A stretch of DNA of 64,000 bases from Candidatus Methanomethylicaceae archaeon (GTDB lineage: Archaea; Thermoproteota; Methanomethylicia; Methanomethylicales; Methanomethylicaceae), in contig JACTUC010000003.1 of NCBI GenBank assembly GCA_015660995.1, positions 30,525-94,524 on the forward strand. Reading direction: 5' to 3'. Below are positions 18,603-28,352 of the stretch, one piece after another. A program made the position numbers and the translations under genes. Each line of letters opens with the position of its first letter. The first letter of the stretch is position 1. Below the pieces are notes generated by a model. It saw only the letters and a list, made by a program, of their open reading frames with translations. It did not search any database and was not told the origin of the DNA.

Positions 18603-19796
18603 GTGGGAATTTTGACCAAAGTTGAGATCATGAAGGATATTTACTGGGTGGGCGCTGTTGACTGGAACGCAAGGCATTTTCACGGCTACACCTACACCAC
18701 ACACCGCGGGACGACCTACAACTCTTACCTAATCATGGACGAGAAGTCAACCCTCGTCGACACCGTCTATGCCCCTTTTGCGGGCGAGATGATCGGCAGG
18801 ATAAGGGAGGTTGTCGACCCTTCCAGGATAGAATACATAATCGCCAACCACGTCGAGCCAGATCACTCCAGCTCCATAGCTGAGATCCTAAAACTGGCGC
18901 CTAATGCGAAGCTATACGGGACTGCAAGGTGCAAGCAGGGCCTCCAGAAGTACTACAATGGCAACTGGGACTTCACGGTAGTCAAGACAGGCGACGAGAT
19001 AAGCCTAGGCAGGAGGAAGCTTAGGTTCATCGAGGCGCCAATGCTGCACTGGCCGGACAGCATGTTCACCTACAGCGAGTCGGATGAACTCCTGATGCCA
19101 AACGATGCCTTTGGCCAGCACATTGCGTCGTCCTTCCGCTATGAGGACGAGGTGAACGAGTTCGAGCTGATGGAGGAGGCTGCCAAATACTATGCGAACA
19201 TACTCCTGCCACTCAGCGGGCTGGTGACTAAGAAGATAGAAGAGATAGTTAAGATGGGGCTCAAGATCAGGATGATAGCCCCGAGCCACGGCGTCATCTG
19301 GAGAAAGGACCCGATGAAGATAGTCAACGCCTATATGAGTTGGGCGAAGGCCGAATCGAAGAAGAAAGTGCTAATTGTCTACGACACCATGTGGCTGAGC
19401 ACCGAGAAGATGGCGAAGGCGATCCTTGAGGGGATCAGGGGCGAAGGTGTAGAGGCGAAGCTGTACCGCCTGCCAGACTCTGACGAGAGCGACATATTTG
19501 GCGAGCTGCTCGTATCTAAGGGGCTTCTTTTAGGATCTTCCACAATAAACAATGGAGTGCTGCCGACGCTCGGCGCGTTCCTGGTGGATGCTAAGGGGCT
19601 GAAGCCGAAAGGCAAAGTTGCGGCGGTCTTCGGATCATATGGCTGGGCCGGTGGCGCTACGAAGGTTCTTGAGGATACCCTGAAGGAAGCTGGGATGGAA
19701 GTGGTTATGCCACCCCTGACAATTAACTGGGCACCCACTGCGGAAGAGCTGCAAAAATGCTCGGAGTTTGGAAGAGATTTCGCGAGAAAGTTGTAA
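18603..19796 (+). CDS. fprA: Flavodiiron protein (FprA-type; metallo-beta-lactamase plus flavodoxin domains)
   Basis: HxExDH di-iron motif (NHVEPDHSS). C-terminal flavodoxin-like domain. 397 aa. Confidence 0.85.
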   Translation: MGILTKVEIMKDIYWVGAVDWNARHFHGYTYTTHRGTTYNSYLIMDEKSTLVDTVYAPFAGEMIGRIREVVDPSRIEYIIANHVEPDHSSSIAEILKLAPNAKLYGTARCKQGLQKYYNGNWDFTVVKTGDEISLGRRKLRFIEAPMLHWPDSMFTYSESDELLMPNDAFGQHIASSFRYEDEVNEFELMEEAAKYYANILLPLSGLVTKKIEEIVKMGLKIRMIAPSHGVIWRKDPMKIVNAYMSWAKAESKKKVLIVYDTMWLSTEKMAKAILEGIRGEGVEAKLYRLPDSDESDIFGELLVSKGLLLGSSTINNGVLPTLGAFLVDAKGLKPKGKVAAVFGSYGWAGGATKVLEDTLKEAGMEVVMPPLTINWAPTAEELQKCSEFGRDFARKL

Positions 19797-19840
19797 TTTT
19801 TTCCCTTTTTTCCTTACCCTTTTTTTGGCTATGCCTACAG
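19797..19840 (+). terminator. Oligo-T archaeal terminator downstream of fprA
   Basis: TTTTTTCCCTTTTTTCC...CCCTTTTTTTGG immediately after the stop. Confidence 0.35.
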
Positions 19841-20008
19841 TGTGAAGCCAATTCAGCGATGGAAGATAAAGGGTAGAGCACTGAATATGATAGGATTCTG
19901 ACTGGAGGCACCAAGCCATTGGCATATATGCGGATGATTCTTTTTGCCCCTTTTGGATTATCTTTTCCAAATTGGATCTCAATAGAATGCTGGGTGGGAG
20001 GGTCATCC

Positions 20009-21481
20009 TCACTTGCCACTTAGTGACTCGATGAACCCGTTGACGCAACCCTTTACGGCCTCAATGAAAGTATGGTGCTTCTTTGAGGTGTCGTAGTTTT
20101 CAAGCGTCCGTATCCGGTAGTAGAGAGGTGGATGGGTGTCAAAGTTTACCCATTCCCCGGCATGAATGAGCTCGAAGGCGTGGGATTGGTACTTGTAGAG
20201 ACCTAGCTTCCTGAGGGATTCTGCTAGCACCCGGGGCTGATCCGTTATGACCGCGGCGTCCAGGTCAGCCCGGGCTTCGAGGAACTTTGCCACAAAGAAA
20301 AGAAGCGTGAGTGAGAGGAAGAGGTAAGCCAAGTAAAAGAAGAAATTGTCGGCTAATAGAGGAAGGATGAAGTAAACGCCGCCAAGGTACTGGATGGTGA
20401 CGAGCGCCATCAGAACCAAGGGGTCCCTAGCGCGCACGTGGCTGAATTCATGTGCAAGCACTGTCTTGATCTCATCCTCTGACATTGTGGCGATGAGGCC
20501 ACTTGTCACCAGCACCGTCGCCCTGCTAGGCATGATTCCGGTCGCAGCAGCGTTAGGGGCTAGAACGTTCAGCAGCGTTATGCTCGGCATCTTAAACTTG
20601 AATTTCGAGACCAGATCCTTTACGAGCGCCCAGACGTTCACGCTCTTTATCCTCACAAGCTCGGGGTTACAGACCGAGCCGTAATCGTTGAGCGCCTTGA
20701 CTATTGTGCCCTGGTCCAGATCCTTCCCGACAGCCAGGGTGGAGTCGTAGATGTGCTTCTTGATCTCACCCATCTTCGGGACGCAAGTCCTGACTACCTG
20801 ATCGAACTCCGGCTTCTTCATCCTCAGCTCAGCTATGTGAATGGTCTGGTTATCAGCGGTTATTTCGAACTCGCCCCGGAACTTGATCAGGTTCCCAGCG
20901 AAGAAGACGATTACGAACTGGAAAGCCACCAGAACCAGTGGGGTGTAATTCCCTAAGTACGGCAGGATGAAGAGACCCAACAGAACTATCAGGACAAAGA
21001 ACCAGAGGAAGTTGCCGAAGATTATAGCCCCAAGGGCTTTCTTGATGGCGCTCTCCCTCTTTTTGGGCAGCAGATTCATCTTTGGCGAGAAGACCAGGAA
21101 GAGGGAAGCTTTGCCCTGATCTGCGAAGTACGACCTGATGATCGTCTCCAGCTCCAAGTTCAGGCCGATGAACTCGTTGTCCTTTACAGAACCCTGAGGG
21201 TAGGGGGCGTAATAAACCTCGATGTTGTCAGCCAGAAACTTGACCGCGATGTCCAGCACGCTACCGTCCTTCCCCGTAAGGCGGTACTGTAGTATTGGTA
21301 CGCCGTCCTTAGTGGATTTTGTCAAGCTCGAGAGAAACTTGTTCCGCTCCAGGATACCTATCACGTAGTTCAGGATGGACTCCTGCTGCTCCGGCGGCAC
21401 CCTAACGTCGATTACGAACGGCTTCTTCCAATCGTGCGCTGCCTGCGTGGCTTGGGCATCACTACCCATAGAAGTTCCCAC
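20009..21481 (-). CDS. M48-family (HtpX-like) membrane zinc metalloprotease with a long N-terminal domain
   Basis: HEFSH zinc motif. Multiple TM helices flanking. 490 aa. Confidence 0.75.
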   Translation of the reverse strand: MGTSMGSDAQATQAAHDWKKPFVIDVRVPPEQQESILNYVIGILERNKFLSSLTKSTKDGVPILQYRLTGKDGSVLDIAVKFLADNIEVYYAPYPQGSVKDNEFIGLNLELETIIRSYFADQGKASLFLVFSPKMNLLPKKRESAIKKALGAIIFGNFLWFFVLIVLLGLFILPYLGNYTPLVLVAFQFVIVFFAGNLIKFRGEFEITADNQTIHIAELRMKKPEFDQVVRTCVPKMGEIKKHIYDSTLAVGKDLDQGTIVKALNDYGSVCNPELVRIKSVNVWALVKDLVSKFKFKMPSITLLNVLAPNAAATGIMPSRATVLVTSGLIATMSEDEIKTVLAHEFSHVRARDPLVLMALVTIQYLGGVYFILPLLADNFFFYLAYLFLSLTLLFFVAKFLEARADLDAAVITDQPRVLAESLRKLGLYKYQSHAFELIHAGEWVNFDTHPPLYYRIRTLENYDTSKKHHTFIEAVKGCVNGFIESLSGK

Positions 21482-21615
21482 AAGAATCCTCCTAAGGATA
21501 TAATATATTGACTGAGTATGACGGGTATTGTTTTACAATCCGTTTAATTAAGGTTAGCGGTGATTTCGTTCACTTTTTAAGGGTTAAGGTCAGATAATTA
21601 GACGGGGTCGAGCAC

Positions 21616-22038
21616 TTGAAAGTAATGGATAATGTCGACAGGAAACTGATCGCTGCCCTCAAACAGAACTCAAGGGTGCCCTTCACAAAGATAGCAGAGG
21701 AGGTGGGCCTCTCCGAAGCTGCAGTCAGGAAGAGGGTGGAGAGGCTCCAGTCTGGGGGAGTAATAAAGAGATTCACGCTGGAGGTCGAGACCGGTGAGAG
21801 TGTCAAGGCAGCGGTGCTGGTTTCAGTGCAACCGTCGCACCCCAACCCATCTGTCGCGCAGGCGGTAAAGAAGGTGCAGGGGGTCGAACTCGTCTATGAG
21901 GTTGCTGGGGAGGTTGACATAATCGCTATAGCCTCAGGGGGCAGCATTCAAGAAGTAAATAAGTACATTGACGAGATCAGGCGTATCGATGGCGTAGCGA
22001 AGACAAACTCCATGATAGTACTCCGCTCGTGGGTTTGA
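21616..22038 (+). CDS. Lrp/AsnC-family transcriptional regulator (likely regulator of the adjacent LysW-pathway cluster)
   Basis: N-terminal HTH (KIAEEVGLSEAAVRKRVERL) plus C-terminal RAM domain. Immediately upstream of lysX. Confidence 0.8.
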   Translation: MKVMDNVDRKLIAALKQNSRVPFTKIAEEVGLSEAAVRKRVERLQSGGVIKRFTLEVETGESVKAAVLVSVQPSHPNPSVAQAVKKVQGVELVYEVAGEVDIIAIASGGSIQEVNKYIDEIRRIDGVAKTNSMIVLRSWV

Positions 22039-22152
22039 ATGTCGAACCAAATAATCCTTATATCGAACCTTTTTAGTGCACTTTTTGCATAGAAATGCTT
22101 AAATAACTTCGTTATTCGAATCTATCTATTTGAAAATAGGGGTTGCAGGAAC

Positions 22153-23007
22153 ATGCCGAAGCTCAACATATTGTTTGATCATATGAGGTGGGAGGAGAAG
22201 GCTATCTACAGCGCCTGCGAGAAGCGTGGAGTGGACTTTTCCCTCGTTGACGCCGAGAAGATATTCTTTGATCTTACTTCAGATAGCAAACCGAAGGGGA
22301 TTGGCGACGTCGTGCTACAGAGGTGCGTCGGGCACTTCAGGGGGCTTCATGCCACAGCAGCCCTTGAGAGCTACGGGGTGACGGTCGTCAATAGGTACAG
22401 CGTCTCGGAGCTCTGCGGCAACAAGGTCTTGAGCACCCTGTTGTTCAAGAAGAGCAGAATACCCACCCCAAGGACTTACATGTCGTTTGCGGTTGAGTCG
22501 ACGCTCAACGCGCTTCAGGAGCTTGGCTACCCCGCCATACTGAAGCCTGTAGTGGGGAGCTGGGGAAGGCTTGTCTCGCTCGTACAGGACCCAACCGCTG
22601 CGGTCGTTGCGCTCGAGCACCGGGAGATGATGTTTCCTCTCTACCAGATCTACTATGCGCAGGAGATGGTCAAGAGGCCCCCAAGGGACCTGAGGGTCTT
22701 CGTGATCGGCGACGATGTGCCTGTTGCGATCTACAGAGTCAACGAGACTGGTGACTGGAGAACCAACACAGCAAGGGGAGGCAAGGTGGAGAACTGCCCC
22801 GTAACGGCTGAGATAAGGGAGCTTGCGCTCAAGGCAGCAGCAGCCGTAGGTGGCGGGGTCTTCGGGGTTGACATGATGGAGTGCAACGGCGGGCTCACGG
22901 TCCATGAGATCAACAGCACCGTTGAGTTTAAGAATACAGTGCCGGCAACAGGTGTTGACATACCAGGCATGATAGTCGAGTATGCGCTAGGGGAGGCAAA
23001 GAGGTAA
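22153..23007 (+). CDS. lysX: RimK-type ATP-grasp ligase LysX/ArgX (LysW-amino acid ligase)
   Basis: ATP-grasp fold, 284 aa. Clustered with argC/argB/argD/argE homologues in LysW-pathway order. Confidence 0.8.
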   Translation: MPKLNILFDHMRWEEKAIYSACEKRGVDFSLVDAEKIFFDLTSDSKPKGIGDVVLQRCVGHFRGLHATAALESYGVTVVNRYSVSELCGNKVLSTLLFKKSRIPTPRTYMSFAVESTLNALQELGYPAILKPVVGSWGRLVSLVQDPTAAVVALEHREMMFPLYQIYYAQEMVKRPPRDLRVFVIGDDVPVAIYRVNETGDWRTNTARGGKVENCPVTAEIRELALKAAAAVGGGVFGVDMMECNGGLTVHEINSTVEFKNTVPATGVDIPGMIVEYALGEAKR

Positions 23008-23008
23008 A

Positions 23009-24067
23009 ATGAAAAATGTTGGCATAATAGGCGCTTCAGGATACACTGGAGGCGAACTTCTTAGGATCTTGATCAACCACCCTGATGCAGATGTAAAGGT
23101 CGCAACATCAAGGGAGAACGCAGGGGAGCCAGTGTTCAGGATCCATCCGCAGCTGAGGAAGCTTACCGAGCTAGAGTTCGTGGAGCCGGATGTTGAGAAG
23201 ATAGTCCAGACCTGCGAGTTCGTCTTCCTCGGACTCCCGCACGGCAGCTCTGCCCCCGTGGCCAAGAGGCTGCTGGAAGGGGGCGTGAGGGTAATAGACC
23301 TGAGCGCTGATTTCAGGCTCAAGAATAAGGACGATTACCCCAAGTGGTACGGCTGGGAGCACCCTTGCCCCGAGCTCCTTCAGGTCGCTGTATTCGGTCT
23401 CCCTGAATTTCACAGGGAGGAGATCAAGGGTGCGAAGCTTGTGGCGAACCCGGGCTGCATAGCAACTGCCAGTATACTGAGCCTCGCACCTGCGGTGAAG
23501 ACGGGGGCGGTCGAGAAGAACAGGATCGTGGCAGATGCCAAGATCGGTTCATCTGGCGCGGGTACCTCGGTGAGCATGTCCAGCCACCATCCTGAGCACT
23601 CCAACCTGGTGAGGGCGTACAAGCCGGTGATGCACAGACACACTGCAGAGGTGGAGCAGGAATTGTCGCTCAAGGCGAACGGCGAAAAGGTAATCATAGC
23701 CATGACGGCGCACGCGGTGGACATGGTCAGGGGGATAATGGTCACGGGCCATTCATTCTTGACTAGGGAGGTGAAGTCACCCGAGCTCTGGAAGATCTAC
23801 AGGGAACTCTACCAGAAAGAGCCATTTGTGAGGATAGTGAAGGAGCAGAAGGGTCTGCACCTTCTCCCAGATCCCAAAAATGTTGTTGGCTCAAACTTCT
23901 GTGACGTCGGCTTTGAGATTGACCCGCACGCGAGCCGCCTCGTGACGTTTGGCGCTATAGATAACCTGCTGAAAGGCGCGGCTGGCCAGGCAGTGCAGAA
24001 CTTCAATCTGATGATTGGAGTGGACGAGAGGACTGCCATAGGCTTCGCAGGAGTGCGCCCCATATGA
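23009..24067 (+). CDS. lysY: LysY/ArgC-type semialdehyde dehydrogenase (N-acetyl-gamma-glutamyl-phosphate reductase family)
   Basis: GASGYTGGELLRIL NAD(P) motif. Catalytic PGCIATA region. Confidence 0.85.
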   Translation: MKNVGIIGASGYTGGELLRILINHPDADVKVATSRENAGEPVFRIHPQLRKLTELEFVEPDVEKIVQTCEFVFLGLPHGSSAPVAKRLLEGGVRVIDLSADFRLKNKDDYPKWYGWEHPCPELLQVAVFGLPEFHREEIKGAKLVANPGCIATASILSLAPAVKTGAVEKNRIVADAKIGSSGAGTSVSMSSHHPEHSNLVRAYKPVMHRHTAEVEQELSLKANGEKVIIAMTAHAVDMVRGIMVTGHSFLTREVKSPELWKIYRELYQKEPFVRIVKEQKGLHLLPDPKNVVGSNFCDVGFEIDPHASRLVTFGAIDNLLKGAAGQAVQNFNLMIGVDERTAIGFAGVRPI

Positions 24068-24873
24068 GAATCGCCATTAAGATGGGAGGGGACCTCCTCA
24101 AGGGCGAGAGCCTGAACACACCCCTGCTTGAGGACCTCAAGTCCGTAGCGAAGGAGCACAGCATCATAATAGTGCACGGCGGTGGCGACCTTGTCACAGA
24201 GATGGCTAAGAGGCTGGGCAAGGAGCAGGTCTTCGTTATTTCCCCAGAGGGGTTCAAGAGCAGGTTCACGGACAGGGAGACCGCTGATATTTACGCGATG
24301 GTCATGGCCGGCGAGATCAGCACAAAGATCGTCGGGACGCTCCAGTCGTTCGGGATAAACGCCGTTGGGCTATCTGGCTTCGATGGCGGCCTCCTGAGGG
24401 CGGAGAGGAAGAAGCGCCTCGTGGTAGTGGGCGATCAGGGAAGAAAGATGGCGATTGATGGAGGCTATACAGGCAAAATTGTCTCGGTAAATGGCAGGTT
24501 GCTGGAAGCATTGATGAAGGAGGGCTACACGCCTGTGGTCTCGCCACTTGCTATGGGCTTGGAAAATGAGCCACTAAATGTAGATGGCGACAGGACGACA
24601 GCTGCCGTGGCGGCTGCGGTAAAGACCGATGTAATACTGTACCTGACCGATGTCTCGGGTGTGCTCAAGGATGGCAAGGTAATAGGGAAGATAAGCGCGC
24701 TCGATGTGGAGGGTCTGCTCAAGGAGATCGGCCCAGGGATGAGCACAAAGATCCATGCGGCGGTAGAGGGGATACGGGGAGGGGTAGGCAAGGCAATAAT
24801 AACCTCAGGACTCACAGAGAGACCCCTCACAGGCGCGCTTGAGGGGAGATGTGGCACGGTGATTTCACTATGA
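24064..24873 (+). CDS. lysZ: LysZ/ArgB-type amino-acid kinase (acetylglutamate kinase family)
   Basis: Amino-acid kinase fold (IVHGGG...), 269 aa. Overlaps neighbours by 4 nt. Confidence 0.8.
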   Translation: MRIAIKMGGDLLKGESLNTPLLEDLKSVAKEHSIIIVHGGGDLVTEMAKRLGKEQVFVISPEGFKSRFTDRETADIYAMVMAGEISTKIVGTLQSFGINAVGLSGFDGGLLRAERKKRLVVVGDQGRKMAIDGGYTGKIVSVNGRLLEALMKEGYTPVVSPLAMGLENEPLNVDGDRTTAAVAAAVKTDVILYLTDVSGVLKDGKVIGKISALDVEGLLKEIGPGMSTKIHAAVEGIRGGVGKAIITSGLTERPLTGALEGRCGTVISL

Positions 24874-26051
24874 GCAGATTGGAAGACACTTTCTTGGCGG
24901 ACACATTCTGGAAGCGCCCGATTACCCTTACGAGGGGCATGGGCGACAGGGTCTGGGATTCCGATGGCAAGGAGTACATAGACTGCAGCTGCGGGTATGG
25001 TGTCGCTTTGTTAGGTCACTGCAACCCGAGGGTCGTGGAGGCGATGAGGAGGCAAAGTGAAAAGCTCCTGACGTGCCACGGATCCTTCTACAGCGACGCA
25101 AGGGAAGAGTGCCTCTCAAGGCTCTCGAAGATCAAGCCCGAGGGGACTGACAAGGTATTCTTGAGCAACTCGGGAACTGAATCTGTGGAATCCGCAATGA
25201 AGCTTGTGCGCAGGTTCACGAAGAAGAAGAGCTTCATTGCGACTGTCGGGGGTTACCATGGCAAGACAATGGGTGCCCTCTCTCTAACATGGGCGGCCAA
25301 ATACAGGGAGCCATTCATGCCGCTCCTTGAAGGCGTGAAGTTTGCCCCATATGGCAAGGCTGATAAGATCAGGGAGCTTGTCGATGAGAATACAGGAGCG
25401 GTCTTCGTCGAGCCGGTGCAGGGAGAAGGAGGGATAATTACACCGCCTCCGGACTACCTGAAGGCTGTGAGGGAGGTGTGCGATGAGAAGGGCGTGCTGC
25501 TCGTGCTCGACGAGGTCCAGTGCGGCTTCGGTAGGACAGGCAAAGTGTGGGCGCACCAGCACTTTGGTGTAAAGCCAGACATTCTCTGTTCTAGTAAGGC
25601 GTTGGGAGGGGGCATGCCGATAGCAGCCACATTCGCTAGGGCGGACATAATGGATTCGATCAAGAGGGGGGAGCACTCCAACACATTCGGAGGGAACCCT
25701 CTGGCCTGCGCAGCCTGCACCGGGGCAGTTGACGCCCTGCTTGGGGACGGGCTTCTACAGAACGCCACCGAGATGGGCGCGCTGTTCAAGAGGGGCTTCG
25801 AAGCTGTCGACAGCAGGATGATCCGCGAGGTGAGGGGCCTCGGGCTGATGCTGGGCATTGACATGCGCTTCGAGGTAATGAACATCATACTCAGCTCTCT
25901 CGAAAGGGGGGTGATCGTGCTCGAGGCCGGGAAGACTGTCCTGAGGCTGCTCCCGCCACTTATAATAACGAAGCAGGACGTCGAGAGGGTAGTTGAAGTC
26001 GTGAGCATTGCGATAAAGGTAGAGGAGAAGAAGAGAGCACCTGGTGCATGA
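24870..26051 (+). CDS. lysJ: LysJ/ArgD-type class III aminotransferase (acetylornithine aminotransferase family)
   Basis: PLP class III motifs (DEVQCGFGRTG, SSKALGGG). ATGA overlap with the lysZ stop. Confidence 0.85.
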   Translation: MSRLEDTFLADTFWKRPITLTRGMGDRVWDSDGKEYIDCSCGYGVALLGHCNPRVVEAMRRQSEKLLTCHGSFYSDAREECLSRLSKIKPEGTDKVFLSNSGTESVESAMKLVRRFTKKKSFIATVGGYHGKTMGALSLTWAAKYREPFMPLLEGVKFAPYGKADKIRELVDENTGAVFVEPVQGEGGIITPPPDYLKAVREVCDEKGVLLVLDEVQCGFGRTGKVWAHQHFGVKPDILCSSKALGGGMPIAATFARADIMDSIKRGEHSNTFGGNPLACAACTGAVDALLGDGLLQNATEMGALFKRGFEAVDSRMIREVRGLGLMLGIDMRFEVMNIILSSLERGVIVLEAGKTVLRLLPPLIITKQDVERVVEVVSIAIKVEEKKRAPGA

Positions 26052-27177
26052 TCGTATGGATGTTGGATACCCCGAGAGCCTTCTTCTCAGGATGCTTGAG
26101 ATCTACAGCCCAAGCGGGGGGGAGGGGAAGATCTCGAAAGTTCTGGCTAAGGAGATAGTGGGCCTTGGGTTCAACGTAAGTGTGGACGGAGTGGGCAATG
26201 TGCTGGGCAAAGCTGGGGAGGGTTCGCCCAAGGTGCTACTGTGCGGCCACATGGACACCATCGAGGGAGCACTTGAGGTGAAGAAGAGGGGAAGAGTGAT
26301 ATTCGGTAGGGGGGCAGTGGACGCGAAGTCACCGCTTGCTGCTCTGATCTGCGGCGCTGCAAAGCACATAGAGGAGGGAAGGAAGGGGACTGTCCACGTG
26401 CTTGCGGTCATTGACGAAGAGGGCAAGAGCAGGGGGATGAAGCATTTTCTCTCCAACTGCAAGGAAAGTTATGATTACGCGATATTCGGTGAGCCCAGCG
26501 GAGCCTATGCGGTCACTGTAGGCTACAAGGGCAGGCTTGTATTGAAAGCCATGGTTAAGACAACGCCCGGCCACGCAAGCGCTCCGCAGCTTTTTGAGAA
26601 TGCGGTCTACGTTGCAATGAGGCTTGTAGGAAGGCTCAGGCTGCTTGAGGCGGTGTGGACAGGTGATGGTAAGAAGAGCCTTTTCGAGGTGCCTACGCTC
26701 TGCGTCACGTGCTTTAGGGGAGGGGCACAGGACAATACGGTTCCATCAGAATGCGAGGTCACAGTTGATGTGAGGGTGCCTCCTTCGCAGAGCCTGAATG
26801 AGATCAAGGGAAAGCTGATTGAGACCATAGAAGATTTCAGGGACGGAGAGAAGAGAGCTGAGATCGAGGTCGCCTTCGCTGACGAGAACGAGCCATATCT
26901 TGAGAATTCAAGATCGAAACTCGTCAAGGCATTCGTAAAGTCAATCAACGGAGTGAGCGGAAGGGAAGGGCGGCTCTCGCATAAGACAGGAACAGGGGAC
27001 GTTAACGACTTTGTGAAAAAGTTCAAAACCTCAGCCGTAGTTTACGGGCCTGGAAATTCTAAGCTTGACCACACACCCCTGGAGAATATCTCGCTGACAG
27101 AGTACCTTGACAGCATAAGCATCGTCGAAGCTGTGCTTAAGCGGATTTCAGCAGATGCCACGAAGAAACAAGCATAA
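26044..27177 (+). CDS. lysK: LysK/ArgE-type M20 metallohydrolase (LysW-lysine/ornithine hydrolase)
   Basis: M20 peptidase motifs (GHMDTI, GAVDAKS, DEEG). GTG/ATG start overlapping the lysJ stop. Confidence 0.75.
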   Translation: MHDRMDVGYPESLLLRMLEIYSPSGGEGKISKVLAKEIVGLGFNVSVDGVGNVLGKAGEGSPKVLLCGHMDTIEGALEVKKRGRVIFGRGAVDAKSPLAALICGAAKHIEEGRKGTVHVLAVIDEEGKSRGMKHFLSNCKESYDYAIFGEPSGAYAVTVGYKGRLVLKAMVKTTPGHASAPQLFENAVYVAMRLVGRLRLLEAVWTGDGKKSLFEVPTLCVTCFRGGAQDNTVPSECEVTVDVRVPPSQSLNEIKGKLIETIEDFRDGEKRAEIEVAFADENEPYLENSRSKLVKAFVKSINGVSGREGRLSHKTGTGDVNDFVKKFKTSAVVYGPGNSKLDHTPLENISLTEYLDSISIVEAVLKRISADATKKQA

Positions 27178-27212
27178 TGTTAACACCTCGCGAACAAGGT
27201 TATGGTAGAAAA

Positions 27213-27887
27213 TCAGAAGCGTGCCTTAGCTAGGTGAATGAGCTTGGTGAGATCATCTATGACCATATCGGCATCGCATTTTGATAGCTCGTCAAGCGAG
27301 TAGAAGCCACCTGTGTATGCAACAGTCATCATGCCAGCTGCCTTGCCTGCAGCAAGATCCTCTGGAGAGTCGCCCACAACAATGCACTCCTTGACCTTAC
27401 TTTTTAGCTTCTTTGCCGCAAGGAGGAAGGGCTCTGGGGACGGCTTTGAGGCCGAAACGTCCTTGGATGTGACTACAAGGTCAATCATGTCACCTATGCC
27501 ACAGTTTTTCAGTAGTGGGATGATGTAGTCGGCGAATGCCAGGCGAGATGAGACCACACCGATCTTCAGGTTCAATGACCTCAAGCGCCGGATTGTTTCT
27601 TTTGAGTGTGGGCAGAGCTTCACGTTCGAAAGGTACAGCTCGCTGTAGGCTTCCTTAAGGTCTTCAACGAATGACTCGACAAATGCTGCATCACCGTACT
27701 TTCCCTCCCCCATAAGCCTCGGAAAGATCTCCTCCATAGGCCTTCTCAGGATACGGATGGCCTTGTATTCATCCGAGGGTAGTGGCGGAAGGTTATGCTT
27801 AACCAGCACGCGGTTGTAGGCGATTACGAAGGGTTTTCTTGAATCAACTATGGTGCCGTCTAGGTCCATTAGGAATGCCGAGAACAT
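27213..27887 (-). CDS. HAD-superfamily hydrolase (phosphatase, subfamily IA)
   Basis: DLDGTIVDS motif I. Downstream HAD motifs (VVSS..., GDSPEDLAAGKAAG). Confidence 0.7.
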   Translation of the reverse strand: MFSAFLMDLDGTIVDSRKPFVIAYNRVLVKHNLPPLPSDEYKAIRILRRPMEEIFPRLMGEGKYGDAAFVESFVEDLKEAYSELYLSNVKLCPHSKETIRRLRSLNLKIGVVSSRLAFADYIIPLLKNCGIGDMIDLVVTSKDVSASKPSPEPFLLAAKKLKSKVKECIVVGDSPEDLAAGKAAGMMTVAYTGGFYSLDELSKCDADMVIDDLTKLIHLAKARF

Positions 27888-28352
27888 GGTGCATCATCCA
27901 ATATAGGAATTGCTAGTTGTAAAAAAACATATTGTACCAAATATGGCGCAAGACAACGGTAAAAAGTGCACTCCCCTATGCACCATCAGGGTCAAGCTAC
28001 TCTTGTGGCTCCCACTCTTCAAGTGGGCTCTTCCAAAGAGCTCCCTCACGGGTCTCAACAGGTAAAGATCTAAACCTTCTCACTCTTCGGACGACCTTTT
28101 TAACCTGCAGTAGGGACATTAGCAATCGCCACATAATAGATAGCTGTCGAAGTATATAATGCTAATGCTCGGCGATTATCGTTATTAAATTCGACTATTG
28201 TCTAACTCCTTTCCCCCTATTTCCGCTTCTTGCCGCGCCTTTGATACTCCGTTCAGGATTTGATTTTCTATGTCGATCTAATCTGAACGATCTATACATA
28301 TGTAAAGCAATATCTTTTTTAATGTAATACTCCACTTTACTGATTTCGTTGG

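Noticed and set aside
19635-20048. ORFs 19635..20048 and 19723..20019 on the minus strand between fprA and the M48 protease
   Set aside because: They overlap the fprA 3' end and its T-rich terminator, give low-complexity translations, and are likely spurious.
22315-22905. 196-aa antisense ORF inside lysX, and similar antisense/overlapping ORFs (e.g. 25454..26008 in lysJ, 33424..34347 in ahcY, 44132..44686 in glyS, 31386..31805, 47264..47671)
   Set aside because: They overlap well-supported genes on the opposite strand, have Arg/Pro/His-rich low-complexity translations typical of GC-rich antisense frames, and no motifs.
27888-28352. 465-bp intergenic gap examined for tRNA/ncRNA
   Set aside because: No tRNA-like T-arm (GGTTCGAATCC-type) or cloverleaf could be recognised. 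Only a short 7-nt inverted repeat. It is most simply the promoter region for the carboxyltransferase gene plus the HAD terminator. An ncRNA cannot be excluded without a covariance-model scan.
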